A DNA stretch of 64,000 nucleotides. Origin: Trypanosoma brucei (taxonomy: Eukaryota). Position numbers and translations under genes: made by a program. A model generated the notes under the pieces. That model was not told the origin of the DNA. It saw only the letters and a list, made by a program, of their open reading frames with translations, and searched no databases. Below, one piece after another: positions 10,913 to 22,585 of this stretch (position 1 is the stretch's first letter; each line of letters begins with the position of its first letter). The stretch is taken from NCBI GenBank assembly GCA_000002445.1, contig CP000071.1:832001-896000 (forward strand), in the 5' to 3' direction.

Positions 10913-13900
10913 ATGCCGCTATACAATATCACTATTCATCCGCTGAAGCTTGCTGCGCACTTCTGCAAACAGGGTTGTTCATACGTTGTCGTTGTTAACC
11001 GTAAGGGGGTGGAGCTGGCGACAAAACCCGCCATGTGTACCGTTGCCGATGAGGTGGCCTTCAGCACACCGGCGGAACTGAACCAGACCCGGACATTTCA
11101 ACTTGCCTTCGACTCACCCAAGGACCGACGTATGATCCAGTTTGCTATGTACGACGTTACCAATCCGAAGCATAGCATAAGGATCACAGGATTTGAAATC
11201 CCACTTGCGGGGATGTGCAGTGTGCTTGCCGGTGAGTCCATATGCGAAAGGAAGGCTGTCTCCTTCCGCATTTCTGGAAGGCCGGGGCGGTTGGACGTCA
11301 TTTTCCGCATGCACCCCACTACGAGCCCCGTACCCCCTCTGACGTTGTATGCGGGGCCGGCAACAGGTTCTGGAGGAAGCAGCTCACCAGTGGAAACAGT
11401 TCGCCTCCCCGCGCGCACCGTGGAGGTGCTTAAGAAGGTTGGTGTACTACCAAAAGATGTGGAAGAAGTTGAGGTGGACGCTGTCATCGCCCAGGAGGTT
11501 GTTGTGCGCACTTCCATGTTGTTTCCCAGTGAGGCCGAACTGCGTGAACGTGTGATGACGCTCGAACGTGAGGTAGCCCAACAGGAGTATAGCGTGCGGT
11601 ATGCTTCAAAGGACAGTGTGTCTTCAGGTTCGGCCGCTTGTGTTGCGCTGCGTAGCGAGCTTCAATACTGGAAGGACACTGTAGAAAGAGTGAATCTACA
11701 GTCAGCGCAAGAAACAGGGATTGCGTTGTTGCTTAAAGCTGGTGAAGAGGGTGAACACGACGACGGCAGTCGCGCCCTCATAGCCGATGTTGAAGGGCAA
11801 CTGGAGGAGGCGAGGAGAGAGCTAAAGACCATAGAAAGATCCCAGAATGATGAAGAGTTGAACACGAAATTAATTCCACTTCTCGGGCAGGTGGAGCAGT
11901 TGGAGGAGCTACTGGAACACCTCCGGAAGGAAGTACATGTACCACCCAAGACTGCGGGATCTAGTGAGAAAGCTGACGTCGTAGATCAGTGGGAACAACT
12001 TGCGCGCGAATTATTCGACAAGGAGCTGATGGTTGAACAACTTATGCACACAGTTCTTACACTCAACCAACTTCAGTTTGAACCATATCCTGCCGCAATT
12101 GAGATGGGCGCTGTTGGGGATACGCCATGTGAACTACAGTTCGTGCGTGACAACAAGAGACAGTTGAAGAACCTTCCTCAGGTCCCCACTCCTAAGCAAG
12201 CCACCGATCTCGCAGCAGCCTCCGGCGGTCCCACCAGTGACAACCTGCTGAACGATCTCTTCGGTTGTCCATCTCCCCCAAAACCAGTTCCACAACCGAC
12301 GGTACAGGCCGACGAGGTGACATCACAACCGCACTTCGAAAGAGAAAACGGGGGGCTTCCAGGCGCACCATCTGTTTTTTCTAGCGGTGTGGCCCCAATT
12401 TGGGGGCAAAAGCCAGTGGGGGCACCCCCCCAAGATGACGCTATGCAACCAGCGGCCACGGCAAACACTCTAGACACCACCGATGGCAAGGTCGGCGACA
12501 GCATGGCGTTCGAAAAGAAAACAACTGAACCGCAAATTATGGTCTCCGCCGGTCTTGCTGCAGCCGCCGCATCACCACCTGACACCCAAAACGGACAGCA
12601 GCTATCATTCCCATTTGACTCGAAGCAGCAGGGTCCAACACAGGGACAGCAGCAACCATTCCCATTTGACTCGAAGCAGCAGGGTCCAACACAGGGACAG
12701 CAGCAACCATTCCCATTTGACTCGAAGCAGCAGGGTCCAACACAGGGACAGCAGCAACCATTCCCACTGGGTTCGCAACAGCAGGGTCCAACACAGGGAC
12801 AGCAGCAACCATTCCCATTCGACTCGAAGCAGCAAGGTCCAACACAGGGACAGCAGCAACCATTCCCACTGGGTTCGCAACAGCAAGGTCCAACACAGGG
12901 ACAGCAGCAACCATTCCCATTTGACTCGAAGCAGCAGGGTCCAACACAGGGACAGCAGCAACCATTCCCATTTGACTCGAAGCAGCAGGGTCCAACACAG
13001 GGACAGCAGCAACCATTCCCATTTGACTCGAAGCAGCAGGGTCCAACACAGGGACAGCAGCAACCATTCCCACTGGGTTCGCAACAGCAAGGTCCAACAC
13101 AGGGACAGCAGCAACCATTCCCACTGGGTTCGCAACAGCAAGGTCCAACACAGGGGCAGCAGCAACCATTCCCATTTGACTCGAAGCAGCAGGGTCCAAC
13201 ACAGGGACAGCAGCAACCATTCCCATTTGACTCGAAGCAGCAGGGTCCAACACAGGGACAGCAGCAACCATTCCCATTCGACTCGAAGCAGCAAGGTCCA
13301 ACACAGGGACAGCAGCAACCATTCCCACTGGGTTCGCAACAGCAAGGTCCAACACAGGGACAGCAGCAACCATTCCCATTTGACTCGAAGCAGCAGGGTC
13401 CAACACAGGGACAGCAGCAACCATTCCCATTTGACTCGAAGCAGCAGGGTCCAACACAGGGACAGCAGCAACCATTCCCATTTGACTCGAAGCAGCAAGG
13501 TCCAACACAGGGACAGCAGCAACCATTCCCACTGGGTTCGCAACAGCAAGGTCCAACACAGGGACAGCAGCAACCATTCCCATTTGACTCGAAGCAGCAG
13601 GGTCCAACACAGGGACAGCAGCAACCATTCCCATTTGACTCGAAGCAGCAGGGTCCAACACAGGGACAGCAGCAACCATTCCCACTGGGTTCGCAACAGC
13701 AGGGTCCAACACAGGGACAGCAGCAACCATTCCCATTTGACTCGAAGCAGCAAGGTCCAACACAGGGACAGCAGCAACCATTCCCATTTGACTCGAAGCA
13801 GCAAGGTCCAACACAGGGACAGCAGCAACCATTCCCACTGGGTTCGCAACAGCAAGGTCCAACACAGGGACAGCAGCAACCATTCCCATTTGACTCGAAG

Positions 13901-14791
13901 CAGCAGGGTCCAACACAGGGACAGCAGCAACCATTCCCACTGGGTTCGCAACAGCAAGGTCCAACACAGGGACAGCAGCAACCATTCCCACTGGGTTCGC
14001 AACAGCAAGGTCCAACACAGGGACAGCAGCAATCATTCCCATTTGACTCGAAGCAGCAAGGTCCAACACAGGGACAGCAGCAACCATTCCCATTTGACTC
14101 GAAGCAGCAAGGTCCAACACAGGGACAGCAGCAACCATTCCCATTTGACTCGAAGCAGCAAGGTCCAACACAGGGACAGCAGCAACCATTCCCACTGGGT
14201 TCGCAACAGCAGGGTCCAACACAGGGACAGCAGCAACCATTCCCACTGGGTTCGCAACAGCAGGGTCCAACACAGGGACAGCAGCAACCATTCCCATTTG
14301 ACTCGAAGCAGCAGGGTGTACCGCAGACCCCGTCAGTGCCAGGACAACAGCAGCAATATATGGCCCCTCCAGAGACACCTGTTCCTCGGTATGTGCGACG
14401 TCCACTAGCGTCGGGAGTGTCTCCCTTTGCTCCTTTTATTAACATTCCCCTCGTAGCACGTGCTTGTCCCCTGGATATTTACCTTGATGGGCAGACCCCT
14501 ACACGCGGCACAGAGATTACCATTCAGAACAATGGTGGTTTTGACATTACTATTGGTGGGGTGGAGCTGCGGCAGGAAGACATGACATCAACTTCGCCGC
14601 ACGCAGGTCAAACTGTTCCCATACGTCGCTGGCCACAACAAATGCACGTACCGCGCGGCGGCGGTCGCGCTACATGCATTATTGCGCTGCACCCAAGTTA
14701 TGCTCGGGGGAGTTCGCTCATCCTCCTGGTCGTGGTGTATGTGCTGAATGAGGGTCGTTATACACCTTTTGCCGCCCGTTTTCCAGTATAG
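10913..14791 (+). CDS. Large repeat-containing hypothetical protein (1292 aa): N-terminal globular region, a coiled-coil segment, 34 tandem 17-aa repeats [17 protein letters not shown] / [17 protein letters not shown], and a C-terminal about 150-aa domain
   Basis: ATG at 10913; single long ORF through the repeats; codon usage consistent with neighbouring genes; heptad-like [17 protein letters not shown]...[12 protein letters not shown] segment. No family recognised by eye. Confidence 0.6.
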   Translation: MPLYNITIHPLKLAAHFCKQGCSYVVVVNRKGVELATKPAMCTVADEVAFSTPAELNQTRTFQLAFDSPKDRRMIQFAMYDVTNPKHSIRITGFEIPLAGMCSVLAGESICERKAVSFRISGRPGRLDVIFRMHPTTSPVPPLTLYAGPATGSGGSSSPVETVRLPARTVEVLKKVGVLPKDVEEVEVDAVIAQEVVVRTSMLFPSEAELRERVMTLEREVAQQEYSVRYASKDSVSSGSAACVALRSELQYWKDTVERVNLQSAQETGIALLLKAGEEGEHDDGSRALIADVEGQLEEARRELKTIERSQNDEELNTKLIPLLGQVEQLEELLEHLRKEVHVPPKTAGSSEKADVVDQWEQLARELFDKELMVEQLMHTVLTLNQLQFEPYPAAIEMGAVGDTPCELQFVRDNKRQLKNLPQVPTPKQATDLAAASGGPTSDNLLNDLFGCPSPPKPVPQPTVQADEVTSQPHFERENGGLPGAPSVFSSGVAPIWGQKPVGAPPQDDAMQPAATANTLDTTDGKVGDSMAFEKKTTEPQIMVSAGLAAAAASPPDTQNGQQLSFPFDSKQQGPTQGQQQPFPFDSKQQGPTQGQQQPFPFDSKQQGPTQGQQQPFPLGSQQQGPTQGQQQPFPFDSKQQGPTQGQQQPFPLGSQQQGPTQGQQQPFPFDSKQQGPTQGQQQPFPFDSKQQGPTQGQQQPFPFDSKQQGPTQGQQQPFPLGSQQQGPTQGQQQPFPLGSQQQGPTQGQQQPFPFDSKQQGPTQGQQQPFPFDSKQQGPTQGQQQPFPFDSKQQGPTQGQQQPFPLGSQQQGPTQGQQQPFPFDSKQQGPTQGQQQPFPFDSKQQGPTQGQQQPFPFDSKQQGPTQGQQQPFPLGSQQQGPTQGQQQPFPFDSKQQGPTQGQQQPFPFDSKQQGPTQGQQQPFPLGSQQQGPTQGQQQPFPFDSKQQGPTQGQQQPFPFDSKQQGPTQGQQQPFPLGSQQQGPTQGQQQPFPFDSKQQGPTQGQQQPFPLGSQQQGPTQGQQQPFPLGSQQQGPTQGQQQSFPFDSKQQGPTQGQQQPFPFDSKQQGPTQGQQQPFPFDSKQQGPTQGQQQPFPLGSQQQGPTQGQQQPFPLGSQQQGPTQGQQQPFPFDSKQQGVPQTPSVPGQQQQYMAPPETPVPRYVRRPLASGVSPFAPFINIPLVARACPLDIYLDGQTPTRGTEITIQNNGGFDITIGGVELRQEDMTSTSPHAGQTVPIRRWPQQMHVPRGGGRATCIIALHPSYARGSSLILLVVVYVLNEGRYTPFAARFPV
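12605..14320 (+). repeat. Tandem array of 34 x 51-bp coding repeats in two variants, F (cccatttgactcgaagcag...) x22 and L (cccactgggttcgcaacag...) x12
   Basis: Counted from the sequence. Order: FFFL FL FFFLL FFFL FFFL FFL FFL FLL FFFLL F. Synonymous sub-variants (cattcgac / cagcaagg) are also visible. The last unit degenerates into QQGVPQTPS. Confidence 0.9.
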
Positions 14792-16099
14792 CTTGCATTC
14801 GTGGAAGTGATATGAAGAACCCGTATAGAGGAAGTGAAGGAATTAATATCAAGGCTGGTTTGGTGAGAAAGAATCAGATGTGCCCCTGTAAGGAAGAGAA
14901 GAAGGGAAAACGTTACACAGATCAGTTTGTGCAACAAGGTGATAACATGAGAGGAGAAACACAAGTTTTTTTCCTTAAAGTGTGCGCATATGCGCAAATA
15001 TCTTTGCTAATGGAATCAACGTCGCCGTGTACCAGTGACGTTTCTCCTTTTTAGTCTGACGTAGCACGGCAGTTTGCTCGCCCTAACACGCTCGCGAGCC
15101 TTTGTCCATTATCCCTCCCTCCCCAATTATTTGGCTCCCTCATTGGCGGGGTGGCAGAGCCCTGTATGACGCACCATATGCACTTCGTTTCCTTGCTTGT
15201 GTGGGTTTCCTTTTTGGGGTAGATCGTCGGAAAAGGTCGTGTTGTCCGCATGGGACCGGTGTTAATGCAGTGAATAAGTGTGTCAACCACCCGCCCTTAG
15301 CCACACTGATGTGGCACTGTTGTGCTGTGAGCGGAAGCCGCCGGACGTGTGCAAGCCCTGTTGAAACGGGATCGCAAAGGTGTTTGCGCCCCATGGTGCC
15401 CTGCGCGTCGCGCGAAATTACGGGCCAGTGACGTTGCTCCCATGCCCTGATCCGCACTCTGTAGTGGGGGTCACGATGCGAACAAAAGCGTGTAGGCAGA
15501 CACCTTTCCCAACGATCAGCCGGCCAGCTCTCGTATCACCTGGGTACGACTTCCCAGGAAACTTAATGAAGTGACCGTTATGATGCGGCACCTCTCCCCC
15601 TTGTCCCTTGCGACTCAGGCGACGGAGTTATCGGAAAAGAGAGCCATTGGAGGAGGGCCCTGTGTACATCCCACTTGGACGGCGTCATTAACCCAGGCTA
15701 ATGCTGATGCTGGCCCCTTGGTAGGGGGGAGGAGGGCGCCCCTGCAATGTTTTGTCATAGCGTCGCTGCCTGTAGCAGTGTAAGCAGCAAATGGAATGAA
15801 GAGGTGAGAACGTCCTTCCCCAACTCCCCCGTCATTCCAAATAAGTGCCGGCGTGGAGTGAAGTGCGTCATTGTGTGGTTGATCTTTGAGACGGAGTGTT
15901 ACAGTTTCCTTTAAGGGGGGAAATGCTTGGTCTGCTTATTTATTATATCCACTCGTTTTAACGCTCCCGATAACCGCCAATGCGCCGCTTGGCGGGCACA
16001 CCGCCGCACACAAACAGGTGAGAAGACTCCCATATCATTTCTGATTCTCTTCTAGCTTTGGACTCAGTTACCTTAAGGGAAGGAAGGGCAAGGGAACGT

Positions 16100-16813
16100 A
16101 TGGAGGCTGTGGTCGCAGTGGATGGCAAACGTCCCAGCCCGGCGACTTTGTTCATTCATGAAAACACTAACTATAATGGAAGGGAAGCGGGTGCGGCGTG
16201 CGTTCCCATGCGAGTCAACGATAGCATTACTGTGCAACAACTCGCTGATGAGTACTGCATCACGAGTGTTGTGGAATGTGATGCCACGGGTAGTGTTCAA
16301 CCCCGAGCGGTGGCGCTAGATTCACCCCTTGATGTTCTCCACGGGGGAAAGTATTATATTGCCAGGCGTGATGTGAAACATTTTGCGCGGGAACCCCGGG
16401 TAACATTCCGTGGAAAAGTTACCGTGAGGGAGTTTAATGCGACACACGGGGTAATTGGGCGGGAAGGGGAAACAAACGCGAACCGAGGACAAGCTGTCGC
16501 TGCGGATCCCGTAGGCGTAGCCCCATCCCGCAAGCGGCCCGAACGGGAGGAAGACTTGTTCGATAGCGGCACACGCACTGAGATATATGCGAAGGAGTAC
16601 GAATTTGTGCCCTTCGTGGGGGATCTCTACAACGATGGAAGGAATGGCATGATTCATCTCAAAGATGTGAAGAAACTCTGTGAAAGCGTAGATTTAGACG
16701 AAGTTGAGTTCAGAGCGCGACACGTACAAGCGGAGAAAATCCTAACCCATGCAAAACAACTATTGCTTAGCTACGCGGACGGCAACGGCGGGAGGACCAG
16801 CCCCGAATACTAG
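16100..16813 (+). CDS. Hypothetical protein (237 aa)
   Basis: ORF with protein-like composition (MEAVVAVDGKRPSPATLFIHENTNYNGREAG...). First ATG at 16100; the track start 16058 is a TTG. No recognisable motif. Confidence 0.4.
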   Translation: MEAVVAVDGKRPSPATLFIHENTNYNGREAGAACVPMRVNDSITVQQLADEYCITSVVECDATGSVQPRAVALDSPLDVLHGGKYYIARRDVKHFAREPRVTFRGKVTVREFNATHGVIGREGETNANRGQAVAADPVGVAPSRKRPEREEDLFDSGTRTEIYAKEYEFVPFVGDLYNDGRNGMIHLKDVKKLCESVDLDEVEFRARHVQAEKILTHAKQLLLSYADGNGGRTSPEY

Positions 16814-18287
16814 ACTTAGATCTGGGCGGAAAGGATAGCGTGCGGCGAACCACGTTGTACTCTTTTGCCTTTCAGTTTTTCCATTTTTGATTATCTTTTT
16901 CTTGCTATGGGGATCTCTTTACAGCTCCAGTAGAGTTTTCGACCTGACTTACGGGCCTTCGGGGAAGGAGAGGTGCAAGTTCATTCCCTTTTCCCGGTAA
17001 CCTACCGGATGGAGAAATAGCGGTTACGAGGCGCACCTCTGCTGCATCTTCTGATCACTGACACAGGTGCGGGCAAGCTGCATCCGACTCTTCGCGTTTA
17101 GATTGTGTGCTACCCTCGCAAGTGTTTGAAATAATTCCCTTCATGTGGATACGTGAAAAGCCAATTCGGGTTGAGGTCGCTTATCTTTGTTTGCGCCTGT
17201 GCAAACATTCGCATACAGAAGTTGCGAAGCAGTCTTTTCGTGTTTAGATTTGCGCACGTCGCGGAGATAAGACGTGCTCGAAAAGTAATAAGGGATTCGG
17301 GGGACGACGAAGGTGTTCCTTTGTGTGGACACGTACATTTTATATGCCCCCCGCAGTCAGCAGACGACCACGTAAGGCGGTGTTGAGGTAGTGACTCAGT
17401 TTCGGGGTGCGGAGGCTCTCGTCCATCGATTTGATATCTTCCGTTTATGTGGCGTCAACGGGGGCAAGAAGAATGCGGCAGAGCGCACCAGCGGGCTGTC
17501 CGGTGGCCCCGTGTTTTACATAACTCTGGTTTTCCCTTTCCGTCTTCACCCTTCCCCACCCGTATCGACTTCAACGACCGGAGGGGAAAGGCCCCTTTGG
17601 CGAGAAGGGGGAGGACGCCTCCGTGCATTTATCCCCTCGCACCTTTCGGCTCCTCAGCGCTCACAGCGGAGGTGCAACTGAAGTGGCCGTGCATAAAAGG
17701 AGCGTTAGTTAAGGGGCCTAATTATGTTGGAAAGTATGACATGTACTTGTTCGTAACACTACAGCGCCTGGTAGAAGAGGGTCATTTGGCTCCCAGCGTC
17801 AGCCAGTGTCCTGTAAATCAAGGGCAGCCGCGGGTTGAAAAGCAACAAGTCGTTGACATGAGGGAAGGGGAAAAAGTGAGGGAAGCGAAGCCCTGCACAC
17901 GCGTGAAAGAAAAGAAGGGATAAACCTCCACCCCCGAATAACACCGGTGACGCTATAATGATAACAGGTTTTGGATGTTCATCCTCCCTCCTCCCCCCCC
18001 CCCGCTGCGCAAAGGAAGAGAAGTTGAAGGTGATGGCACTCGCGGGTTCTATTCCCTGTGCCCACTATTGTATTTGGCACAGTGTTGTTGTAAAGGTTTG
18101 GCTCAGCACTTCGAATACAAGTACCGTGTTTCTTCGGTTCATCCTTCATAACTTCTGTGTGTGGCCTTGTATCCACCTCTGTTGCCTGAGCCGCTTCCTC
18201 CCTCTTTCTCGTCTTCCCTAGATCCTCTATACCCGTAGCGTTGCTGCGTCATTCTTTCACAACCGTGCGATTGCATCGCTGGAGTGG

Positions 18288-19700
18288 ATGGACATCCTGC
18301 GGAGGACGACATCCGTTGAACTTACGCGGCTCCCCGTCAGCGCCGCTGACACACTGAGTGACGTCGTCTTTCCATGGCAATCGCTATGCTTCAGGTTGGC
18401 CATGGTATTCAACAACGAAGGGGGCAAGTACGACAAAGACGGCAGGGCGCTCATGGTTGCAGTGGGTGAGAGTAACTTTGTGCTTATGTGGCGTAAACTA
18501 TTTAATGCGTTATGCATCGCTCCTGTGGTGGTGGATGGGTCCGACACCCAACACAAGTTAAATGCGGAAAGCGGTTCCCTGCACACTAGCACCTCGTCTT
18601 CTTGGTGTACGTACGACCCCACGCGAACAGGCACACTCGGTAAAATCGCTGGAAAGCTCTTTGTAGTGACGGCCAAATGTGTGTCTGAAGGTGCCACGCT
18701 TGAGACCACGGCGCCGACCTCCGGCGAGGTGGAAGAAAGCGGCCAGGGAAAGGAGACACCGATCCCAAGACGCATCGAGTGTGTGTACGACTTTCATTAC
18801 ACGTTACCTGATTTTGATATTTGGGGAAACGACGTTACCATTGGCTTCTTGGTCATGTCCCATTATTCCGGGAACGGTAATGTTGATTTCGTCCGCTCGC
18901 TAGACCCAACGGCTTCTCGCGTGAAAAATTTGTTTAAGTCACCCACCGTGGTGTTGGGAACTTGTCACTACCGAGCGGTTGCGAGCCGGCTTCTGCGATG
19001 TACCTCCGTGGCGAGGCAAATATCAAGCACCAGCGTCATGATTTGTGTGAACGTAGCAAACGTTGCACATGTTCCTGTCCGAGTACAAGAGGTATCGTTC
19101 GACATTTACTCCACACAAATGGGCGAGGGTGACAACGACATCGGCGGTGTCCAACTCACCCATGAGCAGCGATTTGGGCCATGCGGCACAGATTTGAAGG
19201 CCATCAAGCTTCTGCAACGCACCGTCACGGTGACACCATTATTGTTACATGGGCGCTGTCTCGAGGAAACGCTCCAGCCGGGAGAGTCGGCTTGTTTTCA
19301 GTTTGCTATCGGAGTGCAGCCCCACCTGTGTCACCTCCTTGAGACACATCCACGACAGGAGCCGCACAGCAGGTACGCAAATAACACCGCCAGTGTCGCC
19401 GTCGAGGCGGAGAACGCTCCGTATTCGATGCGAAATGACGTATCACCCATTTTGCCCCACTCCCCTGTCGCTCCACAAACGGTGTGGAGACCCTCGCCCA
19501 TCGGGACTGTTGAATGTGTTCCATGTTCTGAACTTAAGCAGGTACTCTTCTCTAAATTCGTTTCGCAAGCGTATGTGAGCTACAATCCTATAGTTTCGGC
19601 AGGTGGGGAAATCACAGATCAGAGAGTGGCATCCCCCGCTTGTCTCACTATCCGGCACTCGGTGCCCTGGTCCATGCTCGCGACGAGGTTGGCCACGTAG
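18288..19700 (+). CDS. Hypothetical protein (470 aa)
   Basis: ATG-initiated ORF with balanced composition. No motif recognised by eye. Confidence 0.45.
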   Translation: MDILRRTTSVELTRLPVSAADTLSDVVFPWQSLCFRLAMVFNNEGGKYDKDGRALMVAVGESNFVLMWRKLFNALCIAPVVVDGSDTQHKLNAESGSLHTSTSSSWCTYDPTRTGTLGKIAGKLFVVTAKCVSEGATLETTAPTSGEVEESGQGKETPIPRRIECVYDFHYTLPDFDIWGNDVTIGFLVMSHYSGNGNVDFVRSLDPTASRVKNLFKSPTVVLGTCHYRAVASRLLRCTSVARQISSTSVMICVNVANVAHVPVRVQEVSFDIYSTQMGEGDNDIGGVQLTHEQRFGPCGTDLKAIKLLQRTVTVTPLLLHGRCLEETLQPGESACFQFAIGVQPHLCHLLETHPRQEPHSRYANNTASVAVEAENAPYSMRNDVSPILPHSPVAPQTVWRPSPIGTVECVPCSELKQVLFSKFVSQAYVSYNPIVSAGGEITDQRVASPACLTIRHSVPWSMLATRLAT

Positions 19701-19770
19701 TGGGAAGAGAGGCGCAGAGGCAACACGTGCAGTCAGTTAAAGTTGTCCCCAGCTACCTGCCTCCACATTC

Positions 19771-19773
<3 letters not shown>

Positions 19774-19801
<28 letters not shown>
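19774..19801. repeat. (GT)14 dinucleotide microsatellite in the intergenic region
   Basis: gcgtgtgtgtgtgtgtgtgtgtgtgtgtgtat. Confidence 0.9.
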
Positions 19802-19853
19802 ATTTGCGTTTGATGGAAGCAAAGGTGCAGGGCAATTTTACCGTGTTATTGGC

Positions 19854-19925
19854 TCCCTTTTTTTTTTCCGTTCTTTCTCCTTATTTTTGTGCCCCCTCCT
19901 TACCGTTTGTTTGCTTCGTGCCAAG
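19854..19925 (+). promoter_or_regulatory. Long polypyrimidine tract plus AG (candidate trans-splice acceptor and upstream polyadenylation-guiding tract) preceding the PARN gene
   Basis: ctcccttttttttttccgttctttctccttatttttgtgccccctccttaccgtttgtttgcttcgtgccaAG. The ATG follows at 20053. Confidence 0.4.
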
Positions 19926-20052
19926 ATATTCAATATTTGACCCCATCCACCAGTTGGGTCGACGGAAAGGGAGAGAAACGTACCTGCAAAGTTGAGAAGT
20001 AGAGGGAAGGAGTATCCAGTCGTTTTCTGACCGCATTAGCCCAAGTGTAACT

Positions 20053-21813
20053 ATGCAGGTGACACGGGACAATTTACCGACCGTGCTTCCCAAATTTGTA
20101 CAGCTTCTGAAAACCTGCGACTTCTATGCATTCGACGAGGAAATGACAGGAATCAATGTGCCTGAGCTCCCAGAGTCTGTCACCGATACGCCCCAGGAAA
20201 CCTACAACGCAAAGCGAGCAGCGGCAAGCCGCTACAATATAATTCAAGTCGGGATATGCCTCTTTCACAAAAATAGCGAAAACGGGCCTTCTACACCAGC
20301 GTCGTATGTTGCCCGCCCCTTCAACTTTGTTATTTTCCCCAATCATGAAGACGACTCGCCAAGCTTGGGGAGGGGAGACGACGTGGTGCTAAATCCTTCG
20401 TCCCTTGCATTCCTTCGGCGGCACGACATGAATTTTCAGTCGTGGGTGTACCGTGGCATGGGTTATTGCGATGCCGCCCGTGAGGTGGTATTGCGCCAAA
20501 ATCATGAAGAAAAGTACCACCCTAACCTAAATGACTCTACAGAGCAACGACGGCGCCACGCGCAGTCTATGGAACTCCTAACCCAGGAAGAGAGAAGTTG
20601 GTTTGATGGGGCCGTTGCCGCAGCGCAGAGCCTCTGTGAGCGTGCCCGGGCCGCAGTGGAGCGCGCACAGGCGCAATGTGCTGAAAAGGGAAGTCCTGGT
20701 GCAATTGAGCTGGATGCCGCGATGGATCTCCAGCGATCCGGCGGACGCGAAGTCGTCATCCAGCCGCAGAGAAACAAAAATGCCCGAGAATGTCTGCAGC
20801 GGCACATCGCGCAACACTTCCAAGATATTTCTCTCACGTTCCGACGGAGCGGTTCGACTTATCATGGCACCTTTAAGGTCCTCTTTCCCGGCGAGCAGGC
20901 TCGTATTCTCGAGAAGGAATGCGCGCTGAGAGAACGCGAATTGGTGGATATGCTAGGTTTCCGCCTCGTTTTTAAGGCACTTGTCGAAAGTTCGAAGCCT
21001 TGTGTTGGGCACAACTGCCTAGCGGACGTTCTCTTTCTACTAGCTTCTCTCGATGGAGAACTTCCCGCCGCATTGCCCGAGTTCAAGCATCGCGTCGTCC
21101 AGCTGTTCCCGAAAGTGTTCGACACCAAGTATATTGCCAGCCGCCAAGATCTCTTTCCGGCAGGCAGATTTGGGTCTCGCTACTTGGCGGGGTATTTTGA
21201 CGAATGTGGATTTTGCTCGGCAAACGTTCGAGTATCACTTCCGTTGGGCTTCGAGGAATATGACCCGCTGAAACTTTCTTCAGTGGGGAGAAGCGCAGGT
21301 GGCAATGGCGCACCGGTTCACGAAGCCGGATACGACGCCTTGTTGACTGGGACGCTGTTGCTTAATCTACTCGCGGAAATTGGAGGAGGTGACGTGACGA
21401 CGGCCCCAGCAGGGTTGACGAATAGGTTGGCCCTCTTTCGTTCCCTATTCGCCATTAACCTAAATCCCGACGGTGAAGATGAATACCTTCCTCAAAGCGG
21501 TGCGTTAACGCTACAACACGAAAAACACATCAAGTCTCATCATATCGACAGCTGCTTTTCAGCCTTCTCCTTGCAACATGTAGCCCTGTACCCGATCGAC
21601 GACATGCGCACCCTTGCTGTGCTCCCCTTGTCGTGGACAAAAGCGTGCAACCTCGACGTTGAGGATGTGAGTGGGCTTTCTGTGCAAATGACCTCGCGCT
21701 TCCCTCAGTACTTCCAGGCGTCTCCGTTCACATTCCCTGCAGGTACTAAAGGCGCCTTCCGCGCAACGCCCGTCTCTCTAGCAAGAACGGTTTGCAAAGC
21801 ACTAAGAAGGTGA
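20053..21813 (+). CDS. PARN: Poly(A)-specific ribonuclease (PARN) homologue, CAF1/DEDD deadenylase family (586 aa)
   Basis: N-terminus MQVTRDNLPTVLPKFVQLLKTCDFYAFDEEMTGI...YNIIQVGICLFHK aligns with the PARN N-terminus [34 protein letters not shown]...LLFQFGLCTF. The first DEDD acidic motif AFDEEMTG is present. Confidence 0.8.
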   Translation: MQVTRDNLPTVLPKFVQLLKTCDFYAFDEEMTGINVPELPESVTDTPQETYNAKRAAASRYNIIQVGICLFHKNSENGPSTPASYVARPFNFVIFPNHEDDSPSLGRGDDVVLNPSSLAFLRRHDMNFQSWVYRGMGYCDAAREVVLRQNHEEKYHPNLNDSTEQRRRHAQSMELLTQEERSWFDGAVAAAQSLCERARAAVERAQAQCAEKGSPGAIELDAAMDLQRSGGREVVIQPQRNKNARECLQRHIAQHFQDISLTFRRSGSTYHGTFKVLFPGEQARILEKECALRERELVDMLGFRLVFKALVESSKPCVGHNCLADVLFLLASLDGELPAALPEFKHRVVQLFPKVFDTKYIASRQDLFPAGRFGSRYLAGYFDECGFCSANVRVSLPLGFEEYDPLKLSSVGRSAGGNGAPVHEAGYDALLTGTLLLNLLAEIGGGDVTTAPAGLTNRLALFRSLFAINLNPDGEDEYLPQSGALTLQHEKHIKSHHIDSCFSAFSLQHVALYPIDDMRTLAVLPLSWTKACNLDVEDVSGLSVQMTSRFPQYFQASPFTFPAGTKGAFRATPVSLARTVCKALRR

Positions 21814-22288
21814 AGAAGGGTGTTTAAAAAAAAAAAAATTCGCGTTACTCTACTGCAAAAAAAAAAAAAGACATTCGGCAACGAACAATTCAATCCACTG
21901 GGGGATGCGTGCCCTTCGTCGCACCACAACCACAATCCTCTTCAATTTTCCCTCTTTCCTATTTTCGACCCCTAACCCGCCTGCCGGCACGCCCCAAATG
22001 GCGCGGCCCACATTTGACGTAGAAACCATTTGCATATATGACTCTCCCGAGGACCCGCGCCCCGGGCAGACTCGAAGGGGGGACGTTCTGCGCATAACGC
22101 TAAGTGGCGGCGAACAGCAAGCCTCCCGTAACGTCCCTGTAAACGCGGCCGACCCGATCCAATAGTAAAACACAAGGGCCACGTCCTCTTCCCGCCCCCG
22201 CCGCAGCAGTAAGGTTATGCGTGAGAGGTTTTGACTGCCACTTGGAACGCTGAACCGTGGCGTAAGAGTCTCCGCAAAGGAAAACGAA

Positions 22289-22362
22289 TGCTCCCGGCGG
22301 GGTTCGAACCCGCGATATTCGGTTCATAAGACCAACGTCCTAACCAACTAGACCACGGGAGC
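22289..22362 (-). tRNA. tRNA-Ile (anticodon TAT)
   Basis: Minus-strand cloverleaf: acceptor GCTCCCG/CGGGAGC, anticodon arm TTGGT-CTTATGA-ACCGA, T-arm GCGGG-TTCGAAC-CCCGC, discriminator A. Confidence 0.65.
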
Positions 22363-22456
22363 ATTGGCGCCGGCCACTTCGACAGATACAGAGGAAAGGA
22401 CCGCCGAGTAAACTTCTTCGTTTGTATTAGAAAAAAACAGCCTAACGGCAGTGGCC

Positions 22457-22528
22457 GGTCCTATAGTGTAGTGGTTATCACTTCGGACTTTGAATCCGAA
22501 AACCCAGGTTCGAATCCTGGTAGGACCA
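22457..22528 (+). tRNA. tRNA-Gln (anticodon TTG)
   Basis: GGTCCTATAGTGTAGTGGTtATCAC...anticodon arm TTCGG-ACTTTGAA-TCCGAA...T-arm CCAGG-TTCGAAT-CCTGG; acceptor GGTCCTA/TAGGACC; T-run follows. Its 5' end lies 95 bp from the 5' end of the divergent tRNA-Ile. Confidence 0.8.
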
Positions 22529-22585
22529 AATTTTCGTTTTTTTCAATTCACTAACTATGGTGTCTTTTCACCATCTGCGGCAGTG

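Noticed and set aside
12605-14320. Regularly spaced direct repeats that could superficially resemble a CRISPR array
   Set aside because: The units are contiguous with no unique spacers, they are in-frame coding sequence of a eukaryotic gene, and there are no cas genes. The whole window is eukaryotic (kinetoplastid).
12178-14445. 755-aa minus-strand ORF ([10 protein letters not shown]... repeats), plus the 641-aa (+) and 622-aa/475-aa (-) ORFs over the same interval
   Set aside because: All lie inside the 51-bp tandem repeat of the 10913-14791 gene. A stop-free repeat unit yields open frames on every strand and phase. The Cys/Trp/Leu-rich translations are not protein-like, and only the sense frame continues into non-repeat flanking domains.
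17447-17923. 158-aa ORF downstream of the 16100 gene
   Set aside because: Non-protein-like (R/G/P-rich) composition, located in what is most likely the 3' UTR/intergenic region.
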